A stretch of 64,000 nt of DNA from assembly GCA_002269645.1 (NCBI GenBank), contig NIVC01000839.1:186001-250000 (forward strand), in the 5' to 3' direction. The DNA is from Macrostomum lignano (taxonomy: Eukaryota). The translations under genes were made by a program, and so were the position numbers. Positions 30,101-42,836 of the stretch are shown piece by piece. Within the stretch, counting starts at the first letter, position 1. Every line of letters starts with the position of its first letter. The notes under the pieces were generated by a model. That model was not told where the DNA came from and did no database searches. It worked only from the letters and a program-made list of their open reading frames with translations.

Positions 30101-33100
30101 AGCTAACCACAAAAGAGTATAAAAGCAAATTAGGGGCGATTTTCCAATAGTAGCTAACCACAAAAGAATATAAAAGTAAATTAGGGGCGATTTTCCAATA
30201 GAAGCTAACCACAAAAGAATCTAAAAGTACATTAGGGGCGATTTTCCAATAGTAGCTAACCACAAAAGAGTATAAAAGTAAATTAGGGGCGATTTTTCAA
30301 AGGTAGTTAACAACATAAGAATCTAAAAGTACATTAAGGGCAATATTGCAATGGTAGCTAACCCACAGAATAATCTAAAAGTACATTAGGGGCAATTTTC
30401 CTATGGTAGTTAACCACACAAGAATCTAAAAGTACATTAGGGGCAATATTGCAATGGCAGCCAAACCAGAAGAATATAAAAGTACATTAGGGGCAATATT
30501 GCAATAATAGCTAACCCATAGAAGAATCTAAAAGTACATTAGGGGCAATATTGCAATGGCAGCCAAACCAGAAGAATCTAAAAGTACATTAGGGGCAATA
30601 TTGCAATGGTAGCTAACCCACAGAATAATCTAAAAGTACATTAGGGGCAATTTTTCTATGGTAGTTAACCACACAATAATCTAAACGTACATTAGGGTTA
30701 CTTTTCTAATGCAGCTAAACACAGAAGATTCTATAAGTACATCAGGCACTAAATAAAATATCCATATTCTCACCTGGACTGCGCTTATCTAAAGGCAGCA
30801 GATTTTCAACTTCCGAGCGCAGCATCTGCTGTTGCTGTTTGTCTGCTTCAACTTTGTACTCGGATAGAATTCGAGTTTCTGCTTCCGCTCGATCAGTCTA
30901 ATGGTTATATTTTTGAATTTTGTATTAATGTTGATACCCCCAGCTATTGATTTATTTACAAATTACTTACATTAGCCCTGATGCTGTCCAATTCAAATAG
31001 GAAAGTTTTGTACTCGGCCAGACCAGATTTTGCCGCCGAGTTGCTTTGCACTTTAGGATCGTCTAGGACTGATTTGAACTGGGATAGCAGCTTCCTGCAG
31101 GTGGCCGGGTTCGCGTCATGAGGTGACTGGGGAGCTGGGAGGCTGGCTCAGCAACTGAGGATCTGGGAGGCTGGTGGCCCAGCAACTGAGGATCTGGGAG
31201 GCTGGCCCAGCAACTGAGGATCTGGGAGGCTGGCCCAGCAACTGAGGATCTGGGAGGCTGGCCCAGCAACTGAGGATCTGGGAGGCTGGCCCAGCAACTG
31301 AGGATCTGGGAGGCTGGCCCAGCAACTGAGGATCTGGGAGGCTGGCCCAGCAACTGAGGATCTGGGAGGCTGGTGGCCCAGCAACTGAGGATCTGGGAGG
31401 CTGGCCCAGCAACTGAGGATCTGAGAGGCTGGCCCAGCAACTGAGGATCTGGGAGGCTGGTGGCCCAGCAACTGAGGATCTGGGAGGCTGGTGGCCCAGC
31501 AACTGAGGATCTGGGAGGCTGGTGGCCCAGCAACTGAGGATCTGGGAGGCTGGCCCAGCAACTGAGGATCTGGGAGGCTGGCCCAGCAACTGAGGATCTG
31601 GGAGGCTGGCCCAGCAACTGAGGATCTGGGAGGCTGGTGGCCCAGCAACTGAGGATCTGGGAGGCTGGTGGCCCAGCAACTGAGGATCTGGGAGGCTGGT
31701 GGCCCAGCAACTGAGGATCTGGGAGGCTGGTGGCCCAGCAACTGAGGATCTGGGAGGCTGGCCCAGCAACTGAGGATCTGGGAGGCTGGCCCAGCAACTG
31801 AGGATCTGGGAGGCTGGCCCAGCAACTGAGGATCTGGGAGGCTGGCCCAGCAACTGAGGATCTGGGAGGCTGGCCCAGCAACTGAGGATCTGGGAGGCTG
31901 GTGGCCCAGCAACTGAGGATCTGGGAGGCTGGCCCAGCAACTGAGGATCTGAGAGGCTGGCCCAGCAACTGAGGATCTGGGAGGCTGGTGGCCCAGCAAC
32001 TGAGGATCTGGGAGGCTGGTGGCCCAGCAACTGAGGATCTGGGAGGCTGGTGGCCCAGCAACTGAGGATCTGGGAGGCTGGCCCAGCAACTGAGGATCTG
32101 GGAGGCTGGCCCAGCAACTGAGGATCTGGGAGGCTGGCCCAGCAACTGAGGATCTGGGAGGCTAGCTCAGCAACTGAGGATCTGGGAGGCTGGCTCAGCA
32201 ACTGAGGATCTGGGAGGCTGGCCCAGCAACTGAGGATCTGGGAGGCTGGCCCAGCAACTGAGGATCTGGGAGGCTGGCCCAGCAACTGAGGATCTGGGAG
32301 GCTGGCCCAGCAACTGAGGATCTGGGAGGCTGGCCCAGCAACTGAGGATCTGGGAGGCTGGCCCAGCAACTGAGGATCTGTGAGGCTGGCCCAGCAACTG
32401 AGGATCTGTGAGGCTGGCCCAGCAACTGAGGATCTGGGAGGCTGGTGGCCCAGCAACTGAGGATCTGGGAGGCTGGCACAGCAACTGAGGATCTGAGAGG
32501 CTGGCCCAGCAACTGAGGATCTGGGAGGCTGTCCCAGTGACTGAGGATTTGGGAGGCTGGCCCAGCAACTGAGGATCTGGGAGGCTGGCCCAGCAACTGA
32601 GGATCTGGGAGGCTGGCCCAGCAACTGAGGATCTGAGAGGCTGGCCCAGCAACTGAGGATCTGGGAGGCTGGCCCAGCAACTGAGGATCTGGGAGGCTGG
32701 CCCAGCAACTGAGGATCTGAGAGGCTGGCCCAGCAACTGAGGATCTGGGAGGCTGGCCCAGCAACTGAGGATCTGGGAGGCTGGCCCAGCAACTGAGGAT
32801 CTGGGAGGCTGGTGGCCCAGCAACTGAGGATCCGGAACGTTGTCAGAACTAAGGGGCTATAATAAAAGAGCCCTAAAAGTACGAAAATGCGGTGAGCAGC
32901 TTACTCAGCCTTCTGATTAGCATCGCCAGCACATTTCAAAGCTTCATCTTTAGCAGCCTCTGCAGCTTTAACCTGAGCCCAATCCGAGTCAGCCTTACTC
33001 GCCATGGCCTGCTTCAACTGCTGCCCATGTTGGCGAGCTTTAGTCTCGGCTGCGATGCCCTTAGCAACAGCTTCTTCCATAGCGTCGCTAACGGATTTCT

Positions 33101-33521
33101 TGAGACTGGCCAGTCTAGCCAGCTGCTCCGCATTGCTAGTTGATGACTTTTTGGCTGGCTGAGCAGCTGGAGTCTGCGGCTGCTGTTGTTGCTTCTTCTC
33201 GGCGGCGGGTTCTGAGAGTGGAGAAATAGCAAAAGAAAAATGAAATTTCTTTTTCAAACTGCTGAGATGAGTCTGACTGACTGTCGCATCACGACTTCCT
33301 GGTTTGATTGCTTGAAATTCACAGCCATGAGGGCCAACCCCACCCCCCCAGTCACAGAGTGTGCGTGCCTGACGATTAGAAAGTCAGGGCTGCTATACAC
33401 CCTGTGTGAGCGTATGTAGGGGTGCTGTGCCTGCGTACAGCATTGGCGCGCTTGAGTGTGCTCAGCAGTCTGCGGAAGACGGATAGACTGACGCAGACAG
33501 ACAGACAGACAGACAGACAGG

Positions 33522-33552
<31 letters not shown>

Positions 33553-33577
33553 GCAGACAGACAGACAGACAGACAGG

Positions 33578-33620
<43 letters not shown>

Positions 33621-33890
33621 GCAGACAGACAGACAGACAGACAGGCAGACAGACAGACAGACAGACAGACAGACAGGCAGGCAGGCAGACAGACAGACAG
33701 ACAGACACTAAGACAGACAGACTGACAGGCAGACAGACAGACAGGCAGGCAGACAGACAGACAGACAGACACTAAGACAGACAGACTGACAGGCAGACAG
33801 ACTGACAGGCAGACAGACAGACAGACAGGCAGACACTAAGACAGACAGGCAGACAGACAGTCAGACAGGCAGACAGACAGACTGACAGGC

Positions 33891-33935
<45 letters not shown>

Positions 33936-33981
33936 CTAAGACAGACAGACTGACAGGCAGACAGACAGACAGACAGACAGG

Positions 33982-34020
<39 letters not shown>

Positions 34021-34042
34021 GCAGACAGACAGACAGACAGGC

Positions 34043-34079
<37 letters not shown>

Positions 34080-34234
34080 GGCAGGCAGACAGACAGACAG
34101 ACAGACACTAAGACAGACAGACTGACAGGCAGACACTAAGACAGACAGACTGACAGGCAGACAGACAGACAGACAGACAGACACTAAGACAGACAGACTG
34201 ACAGGCAGACAGACAGACAGACAGACAGACACTA

Positions 34235-34327
<93 letters not shown>

Positions 34328-34426
34328 CTAAGACAGACAGACTGACAGGCAGACAGACAGACAGACAGACAGGCAGACAGACAGTCAGACACTAAGACAG
34401 ACAGGCAGACAGACAGACTGACAGGC

Positions 34427-34471
<45 letters not shown>

Positions 34472-34632
34472 GTCAGACACTAAGACAGACAGGCAGACAG
34501 ACAGACTGACAGGCAGACAGACAGACAGACAGGCAGACAGACAGACACTAAGACAGACAGACAGACAGACAGACTGACAGACAGACAGACAGACAGGTAG
34601 ACAGTCAGTCAGTCAGACAGACAGACAGACAG

Positions 34633-34671
<39 letters not shown>

Positions 34672-37600
34672 GGCAGACATACATGAAGACAGACGGGCAG
34701 GCAGACATACATGAAGACAGACGGGCAGGCAAACAGACAGACATACATGAAGACAGACGGGCAGGCAGACAGACAGACATACATGAAGACAGACAGTCAG
34801 GCAGACAGACACATACATGAAGACAGACGGGCAGACAGGCAGACAGACATACATGAAGACAGACGGGCAGACAGACATACATGAAGACAGACAGGATGTG
34901 GGGTTGCTGAGAAACCCAATCAATTAGTCACTTTTACAAGCTCAAAACTTCGCAAGCTGGAAATTCTGCTCGGTCTGAATCGGTCACTATCGTAAGATCT
35001 CGAGAACAAAAAAATCAGAAAAAAGTCCACGAGTCATTTGCGTCCCCAGAGTTGTTTCAGTCATTTCTTAAGTTAACAGATAAAGTAGAAAAGAAGTGAC
35101 TCTAGACGACTCTAAAACTACCAGATGTCATGCAGTACAAGTCGCCAAAAAGTCGTCAAAGAGACGCCTACGAGTTAATTTAGGGCGTTTTATTTTCTGA
35201 GACTCTGAGGCCGTGGAGTCTTAAGCGCATCTGATTCACTCCCTCCCCCAGTTAATCTGCTCAACCAATGAAATCAGACAGCTTAGGCTTAATCTAGATC
35301 AGCTCACTTAATCCAGGCAAACCAGCTGGTTTAGCGTCCTCCATAGCCAGAGACCCAGATGAAGATGTTGGCAGAGCTGGTGGAGCTGGACGCGATCTGA
35401 ATTTTCGTGAGTTGTAAACATGCAAATTGTAACTGGCTTTGATAAATACTAACTGAATGAGTAGTGAGTAATGGCAAATTTAGAGTGCTGAATAATGTGT
35501 CTATATGCAATCCTCTATTCTACAATCACTCGTCTCTATTCTACCCTCTCCCCTCTATTCTACCCTCTCTCTTCTCGATTCTATCCTCTCTCGTCTCTAT
35601 TCTACGCCGTCTCTCGTCTCTATTCTACCCTCTCTCGTCTCTTTTCCGCTCTCTCTCTCGTCTCTATTCTACCCTCTCTCGTCTCTATTCTACCCTCTCT
35701 CTCGTCTCTATTCTACGCCGTCTCTCGTCTCTATTCTACCCTCTCTCGTCTCTATTCTACCCTCTCTCGTCTCTATTCTACCCTCTCTCTCGTCTCTATT
35801 CTATCCTCACTCGTCTCTATTCTACCCTCTCTCTCGTCTCTATTCTACCCTCTCCCCTCTATTCTACCCTCTCTCTTCTCGATTCTACCCTCTCTCGTCT
35901 CTTTTCTACCCTCTCTTTCGTCTCTATTCTACCCTCTCTCGTCTCTATTCTATCCTCTCTCGTCTCTATTCTACCCTCTCTCGTCTCTATTCTACCCTCT
36001 CTCGTCTCTATTCTACCCTCTCTCGTCTCTATTCTACCCTCTCTCGTCTCTATTCTACCCTCTCTCTCGTCTCTATTCTGCCCTCTCTCTCGTCTCTATT
36101 CTACCCTCTCTCGTCTCTATTCTACCCTCTCTCGTCTCTATTCTACCCTCTCTCGTCTCTATTCTACCCTCTCTCGTCTCTATTCTACCCTCTCTCGTCT
36201 CTATTCTACCCTCTCTAGTCTCTATTCTACCCTCTCTCGTCTCTATTCTACCCTCTCTCGTCTCTATTCTACCCTCTCTCGTCTCTATTCTACCCTCTCT
36301 CGTCTCTATTCTACCCTCTCTCGTCTCTATTCTACCCTCTCTAGTCTCTATTCTACCCTCTCTCGTCTCTATTCTACCCTCTCTCGTCTCTATTCTACCC
36401 TCTCTCGTCTCTATTCTACCCTCTCTCGTCTCTATTCTACCCTCTCTCGTCTCTATTCTACCCTCTCTCGTCTCTATTCTACCCTCTCTCGTCTCTATTC
36501 TACCCTCTCTCGTCTCTATTCTACCCTCTCTCGTCTCTATTCTACCCTCTTTTCTCTGTATTCTACCCGCTCTACTCTCTTTTCTACTCTCTCTTCTTTT
36601 CTATTCTATTCCTTCTCTCTACTCTATCCTCTATCCTTTGTTACACCTTTCTCTTCTCTTTTCTACCCTTATTATTCTTCAATCTATCCTCTCCTCTCCC
36701 TTCTGATTTCCAATAGTAAAATTAACAATGAATAACTGACACACATAATTTTACTCACAGTTGCCCTGAAGCTGCAGAATCGCCAGCTAAAAATGGCAAA
36801 TAAGCTTCGGCAGATTTCTTTCCAGCCCGTAGAAATCCCAAATTCAGACCCGTAGCTGTCTCCAATTTGTCTAGAAATTTTTTATCATAAAACCCATAGG
36901 CTACTGCGCCGCCAACCAATCCTGTGACGCCAACTAAAGTGACAGCGATTGCTTTGCCATAGCCAGATGACTGCCGCTTGGGCCTGCAGAGATGTTGATA
37001 ATTTATTTTGATTAAATTGATTTTCCATGGTTTTTAGTTTGTCATCCTAAATTCTGCTCAATCATATACTACTGCTATCATTGACTACAGAATGTGAATA
37101 CGCAGGCTTACATCTCAGAGGTAGAATTTCCAGAGCTTTCACTGCTGCATAGTTGGCGAGTCTGTTGAATTCTTGAAGCAGATGCAGAGCGTCTCTGTTT
37201 GAAAAAGATAGGATTCTGTTGTATTTCTCATTAAAATAAATGGCATATGCAGAATTAAATATTAGCATTATCAAGCATGTCATCTATATACATATGCAAA
37301 TGCAACTGCTGCCTTAGGCCTAGGGATTGTAGCCTAATATAGGGTTCTAGCCCTAGGGGAGGTTGGTAGGTTTGATTCTAAATCCATTAGACACTTAACT
37401 CTACATAGCTGTAGTTCACTTGGCTGTAAAATGGGTACTAGCATTAGCTGGGGTAATTAACTAGTATGTGTGGCAAACCCCTAGTCCTTTGACTAAATAG
37501 CCATATAGCCTTTTGATACATTGTGCATTTACATATACATTTTTAAAGTGAATTAGGGGGGCCTATAAAACTTGTATTTTTAATAAAAAATCTAGTTAGT

Positions 37601-39356
37601 AATTTTAAAGGTTGCTCACAGATCATTTATGCAATAAATCTTTTAAAATTTATATTAATTTTATTACTAAAATAAACAAAGTATTTGTGAATAAAAAATA
37701 AAATCATTTATATAAATTTAAAAACACTAGGCTTAATAAATATCAATTTACTGAACTGCCTATATTATAGAGTATTTTCCTATTGAGACTTCGAGGTTAT
37801 ATATGCCCAACACCCATCCAACCTATCTGAACCAGATAGGTGAAATGGCCACCAGCCGAGGTAAGTTGCAAAATTGAAAATGCAAAAAATGATTAAAGTT
37901 GCAATTGGGAGAAACTAGGTTGCAATCAAAAGGAACTAAGTCACAAATCTAGACAAAACTAAGTTGCATTGAATAGGTAAAACTTTGAGGTTGGGCATAT
38001 ATGTTCAAGATGAAATTTATCTACTTAGCATTTTGTACAAAAAGTAAAAAAAATGTGCATGCATGCAAAACTTCATTAAAAATTTAGGCCCTGAGCCATA
38101 GTCAGGATGATGTACATTACGCCAGAAATTTCCGGTATACAATTGAAAATTTTACTTGTTTGGCGTACAATTGGCATAAAAAATGAGGCAAAATATATTT
38201 GGCATACTTTTTGGCGTGACACCATGGCGTAAATACGCTAAGCAGCGTACGCATACTCTAACCTTCATGCCAAAGTTAATATTAACAATTGTTGACATAA
38301 CGCCGTAACCTTAGAATCTTATTATAAAATCATAAAAACCGTAAAACTCGTAAGATGAAAGTTCATAACTATTTGTGATTTATAAAAATTTAAAATTCCA
38401 CACAAACTAATCGTGTTAATTTTCTAGAAAAACTTAAACAAAAAATTGATTTTTGTTAACATTATCTGTAACTGTAAGACAATTTACTTTAAATGAAAAC
38501 CACACATTTGTTAAATTTTTATTGTTAAAAAATGTGTAACATGCAAAAAAGGTCATTTATTGTTGCAAAGCCTAGAAAACCTGGCGTAAGTTCCTAGGAC
38601 CTTGGCATACGTTTCAGTATGAAGTGGCATAGATTTTTTTAGGGGACTTTTTATTCCGGCGTATACCATGACATGATCCTGACTATGGGCCCTGAGGAAG
38701 CTTTAATAAATTAGGCCTAATATTTGCACTAATGTTACCATTGTTAAATTTAAATCAAATAATGTGTATACTTTTCTTTTCTGGCAAAAAATCCATCATT
38801 CTATATACCTTTCTTGGTAATTTTTTTTGTTTTGCATGCTTGATGTATGAATATGATTGACATACATTTTGGCTAAGATTTAGAGCCTACTTGCTAAGTC
38901 CTAAGATTTACTTGCAATGCATTTTGCCCCTAAGCTTGTGATTGAATTGCCTACAGTCTACCAAGCTTTTTTACTTAGGTTTGTAGGCTAAAATTCTTTG
39001 GCAGACGAAAAGACAGCAGACGAAATGACCGCAGACCTGCCTACAAGGCCGTAGCACATTTAGCCATAGATTTAGCTTACAAATATACCCCTGACCCTAT
39101 ATGGTCTGTAGGCTTATGTATGTACCTATTATTTTATTTTTAAGAGTAAAATTTACTTTCCTTTAAAAAGTTTTCAATAAAAAAGGTATGCTTCAAAAAG
39201 AACATTGTTAAAATTTTGCTTTTTGTTTTCCCACGGAGGGATGAATTCCCCTAAAAACTTCCTTAAACTCAGTCCTTAGTGGCAATGAGTTCGAGTGACT
39301 GAGTGAGTCTAACTTACCATTAATTGAACAGTTGACACATTCCTTAGAATATTCAT
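27176..39356 (-). CDS. IMMT: Mitofilin / MICOS subunit MIC60, ~685 aa, 11 exons
   Basis: Exons 39318-39356, 37112-37194, 36759-36983, 35323-35396, 32905-33211, 30971-31094, 30774-30897, 29685-29908, 28973-29158, 28344-28697 and 27176-27493 all in phase (2058 nt). Presequence-like N-terminus, single TM ([21 protein letters not shown]), [29 protein letters not shown]...AQQLWL, and mitofilin domain [15 protein letters not shown]. Confidence 0.93.
27675..28300. repeat. 31-bp minisatellite in IMMT last intron
   Basis: tatgggatttaggatggggattatctagga(g/t), ~20 copies. Confidence 0.95.
28755..28940. repeat. 22-bp minisatellite (gattaggtgtaatatgtaatca) in IMMT intron 9
   Basis: ~8 copies. Confidence 0.93.
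29370..29645. repeat. 30-bp minisatellite in IMMT intron 8
   Basis: gatagaaatcccaaaatctcccaactggag, ~9 copies. Confidence 0.94.
30075..30735. repeat. ~51-bp minisatellite in IMMT intron 7
   Basis: attaggggcgattttccaatagtagctaaccacaaaag... recurring every ~51 bp. Confidence 0.92.
31130..32832. repeat. 28/31-bp minisatellite in IMMT intron 5
   Basis: gggaggct(ggt)ggcccagcaactgaggatct, ~59 copies; source of the [28 protein letters not shown] ORFs. Confidence 0.97.
33255..34895 (+). mobile_element. Second copy of putative SINE with 1.4-kb (GACA)n-derived tail, in IMMT intron 4
   Basis: 33290-33480 aligns by eye with 4150-4325 (ccaacccc...cacagag.gtg...tgcct.a.gatta.aaagtc...gcctgcgtacag.attggcgcg..ttg..tgtgctcagc), followed by (GACA/GGCA)n and gacatacatgaa variants. 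Confidence 0.6.
35510..36700. repeat. 21-bp pyrimidine-rich minisatellite (ctctattctaccctctctcgt) in IMMT intron 3
   Basis: ~55 copies; the 21-bp period gives the LYSTLSR heptad ORFs. Confidence 0.96.
37799..38002. mobile_element. ~200-bp MITE with 13-bp TIRs (atatatgcccaac / gttgggcatatat)
   Basis: Perfect terminal inverted repeats in a TA context; an inverted homolog lies at 40160-40537. Confidence 0.65.
38096..38688. mobile_element. Non-autonomous DNA transposon with ~30-bp TIRs and 8-bp TSD
   Basis: TIR ccatagtcaggat...(38096) / ...atcctgactatgg (38688), flanked by identical gccctgag at 38088-38095 and 38689-38696. Confidence 0.8.
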
Positions 39357-40159
39357 GGCGAAATACCAGGCTAGTGAGTCCTGTCTGAAGACTAAGAATT
39401 TTTAAGTTTAGCTATTCAGCTAAGACAATTTTAGCTATTTTAGCCAAGACTAAGAATATTATCACTAATTATTTATAAATGATGCTATAACCCTAAACCC
39501 ACGAATATTATCGAACAAGACAGTTAATTTGAAAGCAAAAGTTATATTTCCTGGAAAAAGCGGATACGAATAGGAGAATAAATGAAATAATAAAGTTTAA
39601 AATTATAAATAAAAAATGTTTTAAGTACGACTATTAATTTAAATAGTAAGTTTTATATTACATTGTATAAAAATAATTTTAAAATGACTTTTTTAGTAGT
39701 CAGGGTATTTTGTACGGTTTTTTTTTCAAAAAATGCTGAAACCACTACTTTAATTTATGGAGTGCATGCATAAGCATAGTCTATGGTTGTTCTCATTGTC
39801 ACGCTGCACGACGCACGTATGGATGTCACTCGTCATTTCCTAAACTTTTAAACATTTTCAGCGTTGTCGTAATCAAGTCGAGTCTGGAAAAACAGAAACA
39901 CCTAGCTTTATGTTCGATTTTTAGTGCATAGGCCTATGCTATGCATTGCCATGCCATTGCCATACATAAGCATAATGTACGTGTACATTCAAACAGACGA
40001 AAGCGGCAAAATGTGTTATTATTCTATCTATTCTTGTTGAACCACAGATACTATAGCCCCCCTCCTACCTACTAGAATAACTAATTGGACCCCCAGGCCA
40101 CTCAGGCATAATGGCATATATACTAAGCAAAACAGCTTCCTACTTTCAGTCATAGGGCC

Positions 40160-40537
40160 TACATGACCAACCTCGAAATTTCACCTGTCCAGTGCGACTT
40201 AGTTCCTCCTGATTGTGACTTAGTTCCTCCTGATTGCAACTTAGTTCCTCCTGATTGCGACTTAGTTCCTTGTGTTTGCGACTTATTTCTTCCCAATTGC
40301 GACTTAGTTCCTCCTGATTGCAACTTAGTTTCTCTGTTCTTAGCTTTTCTTCTCTTTCTTTTTCTCTCTCCTCTTTCTCCCCTCTCTTCTTCCTCCTTTC
40401 TTTTCCTTTTCTCTTCCTCTCCTTTCTTTCTTCCCTTAATTTTTTTCATTTTCCCATTTTTGGTTTTGCAACTTACCTTGGCCAGTGGCCATTTCACCTG
40501 TCTGGTTCGGACAAATTGGATAGGTGTTGGGCATGTA
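40160..40537. mobile_element. Second, internally expanded copy of the 37799 MITE (opposite orientation)
   Basis: TIRs tacatgaccaac / gttgggcatgta; 40468-40540 is the reverse-complement homolog of 37800-37870. Internal 21-bp gacttagttcctcctgattg repeats plus a CT tract. Confidence 0.65.
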
Positions 40538-42500
40538 TACTTTCAGTTCAGTAGGCCCTAGCAATGAAGACTGAAGATTATCATATGGTATTAGGCCTAT
40601 TTAAGAATAAAGTAATAACATTATGTTATGATAGTTATGAGTCATGACTATTTTATGAATGGCATCTATCTAATCAAGTTTAAACTATGGATTGTCTTGT
40701 CTAGTGCAATTTTAGACCTTGGGTATAAGTGTCTATTGTGTAGGCCTTTTTATATATTGTAATACTAGGCCTAATAAACAGTGTTAGGCAGGCACCAGCC
40801 TATTAAAAGGCATTAATAAGCATTAAAGATCTTTCATTAATACTAATAGATTGAAGATTGCCATTAAGATTTTTATATTAATTTGTATTCAACCCTAGGG
40901 CCTAATAATTTTGTGAGTTAATGACAAATTTATTATTGACATTAATAGCAATGTCAATGTCAAAGATTCAACAAAGAAAGAATAAAAGCATAAGTCTGAC
41001 AATAAGTCACAGCATTAAAGATAGGCCTATATTTGAATTTACCTAAATGCCCAATTAATCTGTTTATAACAATATAATAAGTTTTAGATAAATAAGTTAT
41101 TTCCCTATTGGAATAAGTGTAGAAAACTTAAGGATGCGCAATGGGGTCTAAAATTGTAGTTTAAAAATTTGGCTTGACGTAGAAAATATTAACTTTTTTA
41201 CCAAATACAGGTGTACTAATTAGATAATGAGGCATTTAGCCTTAATAAGATAGACATAGTTACTTTTACCATTTAGCCAAAATGGCACCATACTGCAACA
41301 CTATCTGCCTTGACTCTAGTCTAGTCCTTCTAGAAAGTGTGAAAAGTGGAGAGAGAAGAGAGAAAAGGGTGAAAGAAGTGAGAGGAGAAGGGGAGGAGAA
41401 GAAAGAGGAAAGATGGGATTGAGAAAAGATGGGATAGTAGATGAGTCAAGGTAAGGTACATTGTTTGAGGAAAGCCAGGAAAACAAAAGCAAAAATGAAC
41501 ATTAGCATTTTTTTCTTTAATAATAGGAAATTACAATTTATATAATTTATAAATTACTAATTTATATATTAATTATAAATTACAATTTATATACAAAACA
41601 TGTTTGGCAAAATATTTTGCACAAAGATTAATAAATTGTAATTTTGTATTATTAAATAAAAAATGCAAATAGTAGATGAGATGAGAAGATAAAGCAGAAA
41701 AAAGAAAAAAGAGTAAAGAGGAGACAGAAAAGAAAGGAGAAGAGCTGAGATAAGTTTCAATAACCTCAAATCCTAATTTGACACAATTTTACTCTATTTT
41801 TTGCTTACCTAAAGTATTATACCTCCAGTATTCCTAAGTAATTAACAATTTCTGTTTGAGTATGATTTTAGATTTAAGAATGCATGTAAAATAGTTCCCA
41901 GGATTAGAATTTGGTTGGTTCAAAATCTGCAGTTAAGAGTCAGAGATCCTTGAGTTGAAATTATTGATAATCTGATGCAATAAAAGTGAAAACTTCCTAT
42001 GTTTCTTATTATAGTAAAGGTTTAATAGAATCTATTTTTCCAGATAAAGTGTGATTCTGATTCTAATTTTTGCTAGCATCCTAGAATTTTAAGATTATGG
42101 AATATATATAAGTTAAATGGGATCAATTTTTTTGGGATTCTTTCCTACCCTTAGCCAATCAGTGGAGTAGTTCAATTGTAAATGCATTTGACTTTCACCA
42201 CAACCCTAGGTATAATTCTTTTCGAGACCACATTTATTTGGGGCTTGTGTGTGAAAATTGACTGGATGGTATTGTGTGATTCATATACATGTGGGGAGGG
42301 GCAATTCCTTCAGACACAAAAAGTGTACATGCCTGTTTATTAGAAAGTCAGGGCCGACAGCATTATGTAGGGTGTTTACAGCTCCCTACATAACTTGCTA
42401 AGTGTACTTTTGTTTATTGTTATTACTGTAGCATTTCATTTTCGCAGTCATAATATCAACTTCATGAAATTTTAAACACCTATCAACAAAACGGCGCACA

Positions 42501-42836
42501 ATGTCTTCTGGTACAAGCAAACCTGATCAGCAGAAAAAAGACGATAAAAGCAACAACAAAGACAAGGACAAAGAGTCATCATCCGCTGGAGCCAATGCCA
42601 GCCCAAAGAAAGACGTTGGCATGCTTGAGGACGATGACGAGTTTGAAGAATTCCCAACTGAAGACTGGGGCCCAGCCGACGAGGAAGGATCCGACGATCC
42701 TGACGCGGTGAACGTCTGGGAGGACAACTGGGACGATGATGATGTTGAAGATGATTTTAGTAAGCAGCTTCGCGCGGAACTGGCTAAACAGGGCTTCACG
42801 GCTGCTCAAGTGCCTGTTATCAAACAGGATAATTAG
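42501..42836 (+). CDS. SEM1: 26S proteasome subunit SEM1/DSS1, 111 aa, intronless
   Basis: [38 protein letters not shown] signature. Confidence 0.96.
   Translation: MSSGTSKPDQQKKDDKSNNKDKDKESSSAGANASPKKDVGMLEDDDEFEEFPTEDWGPADEEGSDDPDAVNVWEDNWDDDDVEDDFSKQLRAELAKQGFTAAQVPVIKQDN

Noticed and set aside
31063-32823. Long Pro/Ser/Gln ORFs as possible IMMT exons
   Set aside because: IMMT splices in phase from 32905 to 31094 with mitofilin homology on both sides; the array is intronic.
35464-36735. LYSTLSR heptad ORFs resembling coiled-coil or leucine-rich repeats
   Set aside because: A 21-bp repeat antisense to IMMT intron 3.
37112-37200. IMMT start supplied by a spliced-leader AUG
   Set aside because: A conventional first exon (39318-39356, [13 protein letters not shown]|gtaagt) fits in phase.
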